Assembly (NCBI GenBank): GCA_963745075.1
Contig: CAVUWV010000036.1
Location: forward strand, 256,001-320,000
Direction of reading: 5' to 3'
From: Candidatus Hydrogenedentota bacterium
GTDB taxonomy: Bacteria > Hydrogenedentota > Hydrogenedentia > Hydrogenedentales > SLHB01
DNA: 64,000 bases
In this document: in pieces, positions 29,796-38,966 of the stretch
Layout: each line of letters begins with the position of its first letter
Position numbering within the stretch: position 1 is the stretch's first letter
Made by a program: the position numbers and the translations under genes
Notes under the pieces: model-generated
Told to the model about the DNA's origin: nothing
The model's input: only the letters and a program-made list of their open reading frames with translations
The model's database searches: none

Positions 29796-31229
29796 ATGGT
29801 GTTGGTTGCGGAACCGGTTCTCGCCGGGGCGGACGGGGAGACGAAGGCCGGGCAGGCGATCGATGTCGGGGAGGGCAAGCAGCTGTTTGTCGACGATCTG
29901 TTCTTTGCGTCGTCGGAGCATGTTGCCTTGCACGTCCACCCGGCGGTCAAGACCGGCGAGTACAGCGTCGTGTCCGACCGGCCTTGGGAAGACGCGACGT
30001 TGAACTGGTTCAGCGTGATGGACGATGCGGGCACGTATCGCATGTGGTACGAGTGCTACGACGTGGAAGGGTGGCCGACCGCGGATGACACGTCCTTCTG
30101 TTATGCCGAATCGGCAGACGGTATCCATTGGAACAAGCCGCCCCTCGGGCTTTTCGATTACCATGGGTCGACGGACAACAACATTCTCTTTCGGCAGATC
30201 GGGGACGAGGGCGCGCGTTCGCGTGTCCATGGCGCGGGTGTTTTCAAAGACCTCGACGCACCGCCCGAAGCGCGGTACAAGGCGGTATCCCAGGGCCTGT
30301 TTACCGGCTTCGACCCGCCGTACCGGATCGCCGGCATGGAATCGCCGGATGGGCTGCATTGGACGCGTCTGCCGCAACCGATCTGCGACGTGTTTGCGGA
30401 CAGCCAATACTCGGCATTCCGGGACGAGGGGGCTGAGCAATACGTGCTGTTCGGCCGGGTGGCCGGTCATGGGCGCGCCATCGGCCGGACGGCAAGCCCG
30501 ACATTCGATCGGTTCGAGGCGCCGACGCTGGTTTTACAGACCGATGATAACGATCCACCCGACAGTGACCTCTACAATCCCGCCGCATGCGAGTACCCGT
30601 ACGCGGATGGAGTTTACCTGATGTTTCCGAGCCTGTACCGTCATTCGACGGATACGCTCGACGTGCATCTGGCCGTCAGCCGGGACGGCATCCACTGGTC
30701 CTGGCCTGAGCGGGGCAAGGCCTTCGTGGCGCTGGGCGGGGACGGGGCGTTTGACAGCGGGTCGCTGTACATGGGCCAGGGAATGATTCGCGGCGGGAAC
30801 GAACTCTGGTTGTATTACGGCGGTTCGCCGCTGAAACACAATGAGACCGACCTGGACGCCCTGGCCAAGGCGGAGAACCGGCGCGTCTATAGCCGAGTCG
30901 TCAGTCGCCTGGATGGATTCGTCTCCGTCGATGCCGGAGATGAAGAAGGGGGATTCGTCACGCCGCTGCTTGCGTTCCGAGGGACGACGTTACATGTGAA
31001 TGCGAAGACGGACGCGGCAGGGGAAATTCGCGTGGGCCTGCTCGATACTGCGGGTAGCCCCCTGGCTGGACACGCTCTCGACGATTGCATTCCGATACGA
31101 GGCGACCACATCGAGACTGCGGTCACGTGGCAGGGCGGAAGCAGTCGCTTCGACGTTGATGGAAAGCCTGTGAAGTTGACGGTCCGGATGAAGAACGCGA
31201 GCCTCTTCGCATTTCAATTCAAACCGTAG
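29718..31229 (+). CDS. Five-bladed beta-propeller glycosidase-like protein (GH32/43-like)
   Basis: KQLFVDD, YRMWY, YAES.DGIHW, SPDGLHW, SRDGIHW, ELWLYYGG, RLDGFVS. Confidence 0.75.
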   Translation: MGSKALTLCTCFQAGVVMFGLVAFVAMVLVAEPVLAGADGETKAGQAIDVGEGKQLFVDDLFFASSEHVALHVHPAVKTGEYSVVSDRPWEDATLNWFSVMDDAGTYRMWYECYDVEGWPTADDTSFCYAESADGIHWNKPPLGLFDYHGSTDNNILFRQIGDEGARSRVHGAGVFKDLDAPPEARYKAVSQGLFTGFDPPYRIAGMESPDGLHWTRLPQPICDVFADSQYSAFRDEGAEQYVLFGRVAGHGRAIGRTASPTFDRFEAPTLVLQTDDNDPPDSDLYNPAACEYPYADGVYLMFPSLYRHSTDTLDVHLAVSRDGIHWSWPERGKAFVALGGDGAFDSGSLYMGQGMIRGGNELWLYYGGSPLKHNETDLDALAKAENRRVYSRVVSRLDGFVSVDAGDEEGGFVTPLLAFRGTTLHVNAKTDAAGEIRVGLLDTAGSPLAGHALDDCIPIRGDHIETAVTWQGGSSRFDVDGKPVKLTVRMKNASLFAFQFKP

Positions 31230-31344
31230 ACCGGAATCCGGTTGATGTCGGCGTACGATACGTGTCGTGTTTGCCGTCGGCGCACGTGGGACTGACCTGC
31301 TCACGTCTTGTGCCCAACCAACGCGATGGGCTATGGTCTCCGGC

Positions 31345-32280
31345 ATGCTGTCGAAGGCGCTGACATTCTACACCCGCTTCTATGCGCTGTGGGTGGTGAT
31401 CTTTGGGCTGCTCGCGTTCGTGGCGCCGGCGCCGTTTCTTTTTCTCAAGGGGTACATGACCTGGTTCTTCGCGCTGACGATGTTCGGGATCGGGGTGGCG
31501 CTGGAACCGGCGGATTTCAAGCGGATCGCACAACAGCCGACGATCGTTCTGATTGGTTGTGTCGCGCAGTTCACGCTGATGCCGCTGGGGGCGTTTGTGT
31601 TGAGCACGGTCTTCAACCTGCCGGACGAGGTGGCGGTGGGTTTGATCCTGACGGGTTCGGCGCCGGGGGCCATGGCCAGCAACGTCATGAGCTATATCGC
31701 CAAGGCGGACACGGCCTATTCGGTGTCGCTGACGACGGTCTCGACGCTCCTCGCGCCGGTGTTGACGCCCGGCCTCACGCTGCTGCTGGCCGGAACGCGG
31801 CTCGATGTTTCGTTCTGGGCCATGTTCTCCGACGTATGCATCATGGTCGTGTTGCCCTTGCTGGCGGGCTTTGCCGTGCGTGCGCTATTCCATCGACGGT
31901 TGGAGCCCATACTGCCCGTGTTCCCGGCCATCTCGGCCACGTTCATCGTATTCATCTGTTCGGTGGTGATCGCGGCCAACCGCAACTATCTCCCGCAAGT
32001 CACCGGGCTGACACTGGCCGCCTGCATCTTGCTGAACCTGTACGGCATGACCGGCGGCTACGGCGTTGCGGCCCTTTTTCGGATGAACGTGCAACGAAGA
32101 CGCACCCTCGCCATTGAAATCGGCATGCAAAACGCCGGCCTCGGCGTCGTGCTCGCCCTGCAGCACATCGGCGAACGCGCCGCTATTCCCGCTGCGATCT
32201 TCGTGTTCGTATGCATTCTCACCGCCAGCGCCTTGCCGATGCTATGGCAGCGCAGCGCTCGCACCGCGGCCGCCGCGTAG
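31345..32280 (+). CDS. Bile acid:sodium symporter family transporter (PanS/YocS-like)
   Basis: MFGIG, AQFTLMPL, PG.MASNV, IEIGMQNAGLG. Confidence 0.93.
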   Translation: MLSKALTFYTRFYALWVVIFGLLAFVAPAPFLFLKGYMTWFFALTMFGIGVALEPADFKRIAQQPTIVLIGCVAQFTLMPLGAFVLSTVFNLPDEVAVGLILTGSAPGAMASNVMSYIAKADTAYSVSLTTVSTLLAPVLTPGLTLLLAGTRLDVSFWAMFSDVCIMVVLPLLAGFAVRALFHRRLEPILPVFPAISATFIVFICSVVIAANRNYLPQVTGLTLAACILLNLYGMTGGYGVAALFRMNVQRRRTLAIEIGMQNAGLGVVLALQHIGERAAIPAAIFVFVCILTASALPMLWQRSARTAAAA

Positions 32281-32470
32281 GGTGCATACCCGCGCGTTTT
32301 GATGGCCTCGCCCCTTCGGATGCTGAGGGAAACCCATCGCGGCAACGCGGCGACCAAATCCGAAATCCAAAGCACGAAATCCGAAACAAATTCAAATAAC
32401 CTAATTTCCAATGTTCGAAACAACCGTTCTGGCGAACGACAAAGCCGAGGATACGCGCGGGTACGCCTAT
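32277..32470. repeat. Nested repeat: outer TACCCGCGCGT inverted pair enclosing a family B copy (32355-32421)
   Basis: 32287-32297 vs 32453-32463 inverted; begins GTAG overlapping the symporter stop codon. Confidence 0.7.
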
Positions 32471-32562
32471 GACCGAAAGGTCACAGAAGGAGGCAACGTA
32501 CTCCGGTGCCGATCATGCGAATCGGACCTCGGTGGCGCCGTCCGCGACGGGCGGCAAAACGG

Positions 32563-33228
32563 TTATTCACTCGACTGTGCCGTGTGCTTCACCAACTGGC
32601 TTTTGACGTGGCTGGAATTCCAACCCGTGGTTTTGACGATAGCCTTAGCATCGGGGGCGTACCAGTAGACGCGCGTATTCCAGGCGCCCGTGTCGCGGCA
32701 GAGGTTCTGTTGTTTGTGGAGGATCTTAAAGGCATCGAAGGTGCCCGCGGGAACCTTTACGGGCTCGTAGGCGATCACTTCCATTTCGTTTCGCGTATCA
32801 CACATTCGGCCGAGGCTTTGGCTGATGTCCTCCGCGTTGAACGTCCATTTCTTGCCGATGGACAGCGGGAAGTCCAGTTTTCGCCACCCCTTGAAATGAT
32901 CGCAATCCGAGATTTCGTGTCCGGATAGATCCAGCACGGCCGTCACCGTTCCGTTCGCGTCTTTCTCATGAAGGGCGTGGACGCAATCCTTGAACCGGGA
33001 GGAACCCCGGTACTCGACGGTGTACCCTTGCCGGTGGACTTCGCGCACGGTTTCCTCAATGTCGTTGCTGTATCGCCAGGAATCACCAACGACCATCGAC
33101 GGGGCGCTCGATACGGGTGGGGGGTTCGAGCTTGCGCATCCGCCGCTAATCATGAGGCAAGCCGCCAACGCCAGTAGTGGACGCATTGTGCGAGACTGTT
33201 TGCGGGCGCGGTACATAGTCTCTTCCAT
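32563..33228 (-). CDS. Putative lipoprotein
   Basis: LLALAACLMISGG-C lipobox-like; VKVPAGTFDAFKI...WYAP motif. Confidence 0.75.
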   Translation of the reverse strand: MEETMYRARKQSRTMRPLLALAACLMISGGCASSNPPPVSSAPSMVVGDSWRYSNDIEETVREVHRQGYTVEYRGSSRFKDCVHALHEKDANGTVTAVLDLSGHEISDCDHFKGWRKLDFPLSIGKKWTFNAEDISQSLGRMCDTRNEMEVIAYEPVKVPAGTFDAFKILHKQQNLCRDTGAWNTRVYWYAPDAKAIVKTTGWNSSHVKSQLVKHTAQSSE

Positions 33229-33252
33229 CCGGGTTAAATACGTCTTCGCTCG

Positions 33253-34230
33253 TTACTTGTTTCCCGCATCGACTTTCTGCCGGCGGGCGAGAAGTTCCCG
33301 ATACGTTGTCAGGATAATTCCTTCCTCTTCGATGACTTTCCTCACGCGGTCGCTGAGCACCATTTCGAGTTCGGCTTCCCGCTTGCCGCCGGAACTGGAA
33401 ATCGCGCCGAAGTGCTCGCCGGGACGGGTCCCGTGGAGGATGATCTGCGTGATGCCGGGTTTCAGGTTGCGCAGGTTTTGAATGAGCGTATCGATCATCA
33501 CGTTGGGATCGCTCGTGTCGGCGGTGGACGTCATAAGATGGTCGAGCACGGGAAGGCCGGCGTTCCACACGGCTTCAACCGTCTGTCCGAGCGCTGCTGC
33601 TTGTCCCGCTTGCCGGTTTGCGCCTTCCAGGCCCTTTGGGTCCATGATCATGATCGGGATATGTTTTTCGATGCCGATCTTGACGTACCGCTCGAAAAAG
33701 GCCGGCGAGTAAAACAAGGTGCCCATATGCGTGTCGAGATGGGTGATGGGGATACCCAGTTTTTCCGCGAGCGCAACCTGCGCGCGGATCTCCTTTTCCA
33801 CCTCGTCGGCGCTGGCACTGGCAATCGTTTGTGGAACACCGCGGTAGAGATAGCCCTGGTTGTCGACCATACCCGGCACGACGCTACGACCCGCTACCGG
33901 ACCCCACCGATAATTGTCCCACTCCGAGTTCATCGTGAGATGCAGGCCGTTATCGATATCCGGATGTTCGCGAAGGTACGCCGCCCATTCCGGCACCCAG
34001 GAACAGGGCATCATGGTGCTGCACGACGTGAGCAGACCCTTTTCAAATCCTTCCATCCCGCCGAGATTACTTTCGTGCGACATGCCCATATCGTCGTTGT
34101 GGAAGATAAGTTCCCGGTCATTGGGTCCCCACCCCAGGCGTTCGCCGTAGGTCGGTTGCGCCGTACAAGACAAGGTGAAGGCAAGATGCAGCATGATGAG
34201 CGCGAGGGGAATCGAAGCAGTCTGGTGCAT
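33253..34230 (-). CDS. YdjC/ChbG-family carbohydrate deacetylase, secreted
   Basis: HNDDMG, GLHLT, THLDTHMG. Confidence 0.9.
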   Translation of the reverse strand: MHQTASIPLALIMLHLAFTLSCTAQPTYGERLGWGPNDRELIFHNDDMGMSHESNLGGMEGFEKGLLTSCSTMMPCSWVPEWAAYLREHPDIDNGLHLTMNSEWDNYRWGPVAGRSVVPGMVDNQGYLYRGVPQTIASASADEVEKEIRAQVALAEKLGIPITHLDTHMGTLFYSPAFFERYVKIGIEKHIPIMIMDPKGLEGANRQAGQAAALGQTVEAVWNAGLPVLDHLMTSTADTSDPNVMIDTLIQNLRNLKPGITQIILHGTRPGEHFGAISSSGGKREAELEMVLSDRVRKVIEEEGIILTTYRELLARRQKVDAGNK

Positions 34231-34503
34231 GGTGTAAATCCTTCCTGGTGTTGGCGCCGGTCAAGCGGACCGCCGCGACGCGGACCGTGTACGGCCAAAA
34301 TCGGTTTGGTCAGTGTACCGTGTGAATCCGGGATTACCAACTGACGCAGGTTTCTCGTGCGTGTCAAGCCACCGTGTGTTGATAAGTCGGACATGGCTCT
34401 GGTCTGATAAGGGGACTGGGCGTTCGCATGGAATCCACCGGGGAGACCATGGAATCCGCCGCACCAAAACCGCCGGGATGTCGCTTTATCTTGAGGGGGC
34501 CTG

Positions 34504-37500
34504 ATGAATCGAACACGCTGTACCAACCGTAATGAATTTCATGATCTTCGAATCCGACCGCTAACGATAGCCGCTTTGCTCCTGTGCGCGGGTGCCGCGC
34601 TTATGACAGCCGACGCGCTGGATATTCAACAACTCTGGGTCGCCGATCCGGATATGATCATGGAAGGCGCGCCCATCGTCGTGGATTTAGATGGCGATGG
34701 CAGCGCCGAAGTGATCACGGCGGCCTACGAGGCCCTCATCGCAGTGGACGGCTCGGGCAAGGAACGTTGGCGGTTCGATACGGCGGGCCGCTATTCGACG
34801 TGTCCAGCGGTGCTGGAGCGTTCGGGCAAATCACCGTTGATTTACGCGGGCGACAACAAGGGCCAGTTCACCTGCCTGGACGGCTCGGGCGCTGTCGTCT
34901 GGCAGAAGAACATCGGCAACATTTTCGGCCCCGCTCCGGCGGTGGGAGCGTTGGATCGCGATGGGGGGGTGCAAGTCCTGCAAGGCAATTCGGCCGGCGT
35001 CCTCACGTCCATGGACGCCCTCAACGGTGACGTGCGCTGGACCTGTCAGCTCGAAGGCGAATGTTCGAGTCCGGCGATCGCGGATCTCGACGGCGACGGG
35101 AATGCGGAGGTCGTCATTGCGACCGGCGCGGGGTTGCTCTACTGCGTGGACGCAGCGGGTACCGTCGTCTGGAAGTCCACCATCGGTGAGAAGGCCCCGA
35201 CCTGGTCCATTCCGGCGCCGGTAATCTTTAAGGACTCGTCCGGAAAAGCCCGCATCGCGATCGCTACGTTCCAGAGTGAATTCTTTTGTCTCGACAATCG
35301 CGGCGCGGTCCTGTGGAAACGCCCGGTGCGGGGTCCGGTCGCGCCGACGATTTCGGTCGGGGATATCGACAACGACGGCATGGCCGATTTATTCGTCGTC
35401 ACGGGACTCGGCGTGTTGTACCGGTTCGACGAGCACGGCCGCGTGGTGTGGGACATCGACACGCAGGGCCGGAGTCTGGCCCCGGGCGACATCATCGATC
35501 TCGACGGCGACGGCGTCCGCGAATACCTGCTTTGCACGCAGCAGGGTACCTTGTTGGCGTTCAGCGACGACGGCGAGATTTTGTACAACCATCAGTTCGA
35601 CAACCGCACCATCAACATGACCGCCGCGTTCGGCGACATCGTGCCGGACCACCCGGGCGTCGAATTCGCCGTCACGGGTGGCGAATCCGGTCGCATGTTC
35701 TGTTTCGGCACGTCGGCGCCGATGGACAAAACGTCGCCCTGGCACACCTATCGCGCGGACAACCAGTTGACCGGCGCGTGGCTCGGCCTTGGTTCGTCGG
35801 TCGTCGCCAGTATGCATCCCGGGAATCTGGATTGGGATCGTGTGCTCACCGGCGGCGAGGTCACGTTCCGTGTCGCGAATCCAAATGCCGACGATACGGT
35901 TCTGCGCGCGCAGGCCACCTGCATTCGTCCCGACAACTCGCGGCAGGTCGCGGTGGGAAAGGTAATCGGCTCCACGGGCGTGCTGCAGCTCCCGCTCGTC
36001 GTCAGCGCGCCGGGCGTGTATCGCTTTGAATGGACGCTGCAGAAACCGGATGGTTCAACGCTTGCGTCGGGTTCCCGTGAATTGACGCTACAGCCATACC
36101 AGAACGACGAAGCCCTCGCCGCGCGCGCCGTACTGGCCTTGCGCGACGCGGTAGGCGACAACCCGGACCAGACGAAGGGTTTCACGGGTGCGCTCCTGCA
36201 TGAAGCGCAGGCGATCGAAGAAGAAGCCGCGAATCTCAAGACGCTCCACGCGGCCGCACCGGGCGCGCCCCCGGCGTTGACTGCGGAAACCGACGCCCGC
36301 ACCGCAGCGTTGGACGCGCGTGCGGAACGCGCCTTGACACTGGCCGGGCTGGCGCCGTCGATTCTGGTGAACCAGCCGGACGACCCGGTTGTCGCGTTCA
36401 CCGGAACGACCTGGGAAAACCGGGACGTGGACCAGGAACTGCCGACCGACGCACAGCCCGTGAAGATTGAGAAACGCTGCGTGCCCGGAGAGCATCAACC
36501 GGTTTCCGTCAAACTGTTCAATGCGTCGCTCAAACCCGTCATGGTGCGCGCGCACGTCGATGCGGGCGCCAACGGGCCCGCCGTAACGCCGTACGAAGTG
36601 AAGCCCGTTCCGACGAACCAAGGCACCACGGCATGGGATCCCATCGTGCCCCTCGGCGAATCCGAGTTGACCGTCCCGTCGCTCGAAACGCGCGAAGTGT
36701 GGCTGGACATCGATCTCGCGGGCGTGAAACCAGGCACCTACCCCGTGTCCGTGGTCTTCGATGCCGGCACATCCAAGACCAAAGCCGATATCACGCTGGA
36801 CGTGTTGCCGTTCACCATGGCCGATTCCGGCGCGATGCGGCTCTGCTGCTGGGCCAGCTACAACGACGATGCGATGAAGGATTTGTTGGCTCACGGAAAC
36901 AATGTCTTCACGCCGGGCCTGCCGCCGGTCAAAGTCGACGAAGGCGATCCGCCGACGATCAATGTCGACTTTGAAGCGCTCGACAAATTCGTTGCACCGC
37001 TCGAAGGGCATGACGTGTTTCTGCTCATGGGCGGAATTCCTAACCTGGGCGTTCCCATGGAATCCGACGCGTACGTGCCGCGTCTGGCGGACTATCTGGA
37101 TCAGGTGTTTTCCCATCTCAAGGCCAAGGGGATTCCGGAAGAGCACGTGGCCCTCTATCCCCACGACGAGCCCGGGGGCGCCGGGTGGGATACCGTCAAC
37201 CACTACATCGCGTTCGGCCGTCAGGGACTCAAGGCGCGGCCGAATCTGAAATTCTACGTGAACGGCGGCGGCGACTTGGCCATGTTCGAGGCGTTTAACG
37301 AAGTCGCCTCCGTCTGGTGCCCGAGTTTCTACATGCTGGCCGAGGAAACGCCGGAAATGGAGTTCATCAAGAAGACCGGGAAGACGCTGTGGTCCTACGA
37401 CTGCGGCTACGGCTTCGCCCGGCCCGTCGGCGCCAACACCAAGACCATCAACCTCGTCGCGCAATACCGGTTCTCGGCGGTCCAAGCCCATCACTTCGGC

Positions 37501-37881
37501 GCTACCGGGATTGGTTACTGGTGCTACAATGTCGGCGATTCACTCTGGGAACCGGTTGAGTTCGAGTATGCCCTGGTCTACGTGAACCCCGACGGGACCC
37601 AGACCTCGAGCCGGCGCTGGGAAGCCGTCCGCGAAGGTATGGAGGACGCGCGCATTCTCATCGCGCTGGAGGACAAACTGTCGGACTCGTCCGTCGACGC
37701 GGAGACGAAAGACGCGATCCGCCATCTGGTCAACGTGACGGTTGCGAATCTGTCCCGCCAAACCCTGGACGAGGCCCGTTTCGGCGTCGCCCGCTACGTC
37801 ATCGACGATTCGAACAACGACGCGACGGTCGACCAAGTCCGCGACGAAATGATGGAATGCATCCGTATGCTTGGGAAATAA
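34504..37881 (+). CDS. Secreted FG-GAP/PQQ propeller protein with C-terminal GH123/DUF4091-like domain
   Basis: DLDGDG repeats; HDEP; GIGYW; SSRRWEAVREGMED. Confidence 0.75.
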   Translation: MNRTRCTNRNEFHDLRIRPLTIAALLLCAGAALMTADALDIQQLWVADPDMIMEGAPIVVDLDGDGSAEVITAAYEALIAVDGSGKERWRFDTAGRYSTCPAVLERSGKSPLIYAGDNKGQFTCLDGSGAVVWQKNIGNIFGPAPAVGALDRDGGVQVLQGNSAGVLTSMDALNGDVRWTCQLEGECSSPAIADLDGDGNAEVVIATGAGLLYCVDAAGTVVWKSTIGEKAPTWSIPAPVIFKDSSGKARIAIATFQSEFFCLDNRGAVLWKRPVRGPVAPTISVGDIDNDGMADLFVVTGLGVLYRFDEHGRVVWDIDTQGRSLAPGDIIDLDGDGVREYLLCTQQGTLLAFSDDGEILYNHQFDNRTINMTAAFGDIVPDHPGVEFAVTGGESGRMFCFGTSAPMDKTSPWHTYRADNQLTGAWLGLGSSVVASMHPGNLDWDRVLTGGEVTFRVANPNADDTVLRAQATCIRPDNSRQVAVGKVIGSTGVLQLPLVVSAPGVYRFEWTLQKPDGSTLASGSRELTLQPYQNDEALAARAVLALRDAVGDNPDQTKGFTGALLHEAQAIEEEAANLKTLHAAAPGAPPALTAETDARTAALDARAERALTLAGLAPSILVNQPDDPVVAFTGTTWENRDVDQELPTDAQPVKIEKRCVPGEHQPVSVKLFNASLKPVMVRAHVDAGANGPAVTPYEVKPVPTNQGTTAWDPIVPLGESELTVPSLETREVWLDIDLAGVKPGTYPVSVVFDAGTSKTKADITLDVLPFTMADSGAMRLCCWASYNDDAMKDLLAHGNNVFTPGLPPVKVDEGDPPTINVDFEALDKFVAPLEGHDVFLLMGGIPNLGVPMESDAYVPRLADYLDQVFSHLKAKGIPEEHVALYPHDEPGGAGWDTVNHYIAFGRQGLKARPNLKFYVNGGGDLAMFEAFNEVASVWCPSFYMLAEETPEMEFIKKTGKTLWSYDCGYGFARPVGANTKTINLVAQYRFSAVQAHHFGATGIGYWCYNVGDSLWEPVEFEYALVYVNPDGTQTSSRRWEAVREGMEDARILIALEDKLSDSSVDAETKDAIRHLVNVTVANLSRQTLDEARFGVARYVIDDSNNDATVDQVRDEMMECIRMLGK

Positions 37882-38028
37882 CTTACTTGCACTCGAGTTA
37901 CTTCACGATCTCGGTTTGACAAGTCGCAACGAATTGATCGGAAAACTTCTCCGACCGATTCTACGGCGCGGGATAAGTGCACAATTTTTGAGGTTGATTT
38001 TTTAAACCAATTAAGGTACATTTAGGCC

Positions 38029-38343
38029 GTGGAGAAACGAAAAGCTCATTTCCCACTATCCCAAGTCAAGCGGTTGATTCACGAAGGTTCCTATCGTGTT
38101 ACCCGAACGGCCTTGGTTTGCGGAAGACGCGACTTTCGATTGCTCGGTGCCCGGCAAGTAGCTGAGTGCATACTGAAGCTCAAACCCAATGAGTTCTACA
38201 AGTCCATGACTACGCTCTACGATTCAAGGACTTGGCAGGACGTATATCATGGCACCGTCAAAGATGCGCGAGCGTATATCAAGGTGCAAATTGACGAAGG
38301 AGAAACAGTCGTCATCTCGTTCAAGCGACTCGAGGGATTTTGA
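38029..38343 (+). CDS. mqsR: MqsR-family mRNA interferase toxin
   Basis: MEKRKAH..L..VK, FYKSMTT, WQDVY, YIK, VISFK. Confidence 0.93.
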   Translation: MEKRKAHFPLSQVKRLIHEGSYRVTRTALVCGRRDFRLLGARQVAECILKLKPNEFYKSMTTLYDSRTWQDVYHGTVKDARAYIKVQIDEGETVVISFKRLEGF

Positions 38344-38344
38344 C

Positions 38345-38771
38345 ATGCGTGAGAAGAAATGGATTGATTGTCCTGTGTGCGGTTCCAAGAAAAGCATGCG
38401 AATTCGAAAGAATTTGCACGAACGCGCACATCTTCGGGACTATCCCCCGCTGGACATTGACGGCCTTGACGGACAGTTTTGTGAAATCTGCGACGAAGGG
38501 TTTTGGTCGCTAAAGTCGGAGCGCAAGATAGAACGTCTTCTCGCCGAGCATATGGCGAGACACGATTCCGCTCGTGTGGTGGCGGACGAGATCGCAAGCG
38601 TACAAGAGGCCGCCGACGCGTTAGAGATATCAGTCCAAGGTGTGCACAAGATGATGACCGACGGAACGTCTGAAATTCGTTTTCGCAGCCGGCCGACGGT
38701 TTCCCATCCGTGAAGACTTGAAAAAGAAGACAAAGACCAGCGATCGTGTTTCAGCGGCATCGCATATGTAG
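38345..38771 (+). CDS. mqsA: MqsA-like antitoxin (Zn finger + HTH), frameshift at ~38665
   Basis: CPVCG...GQFCEICDEG; SVQEAADALEISVQGVHKM; removing one A gives DGRLKFVFAAGRRFPIREDL...stop 38771. Confidence 0.8.
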
Positions 38772-38966
38772 TCTATGACCGTGTACTCATCGCTTGCGTG
38801 TCTGTTTCCGCCCGCACACGGAGTTCTTTTCAACCCCACCAGTAAGTGCGGTCATTCCTGGGTTCCGTGTATCCGTCGGTGTCAATTCCTTCGTTATCCC
38901 GGCCCGGCGTGTTACGATAGTTCCTCCACGACTTGCTGAAATCGGTTCTATTCGCGAGGTGACACC

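Noticed and set aside
29677..31425. DGR template/variable repeat pair
   Set aside because: Differences are not adenine-specific, the repeat is at gene 5' ends, and no RT is present
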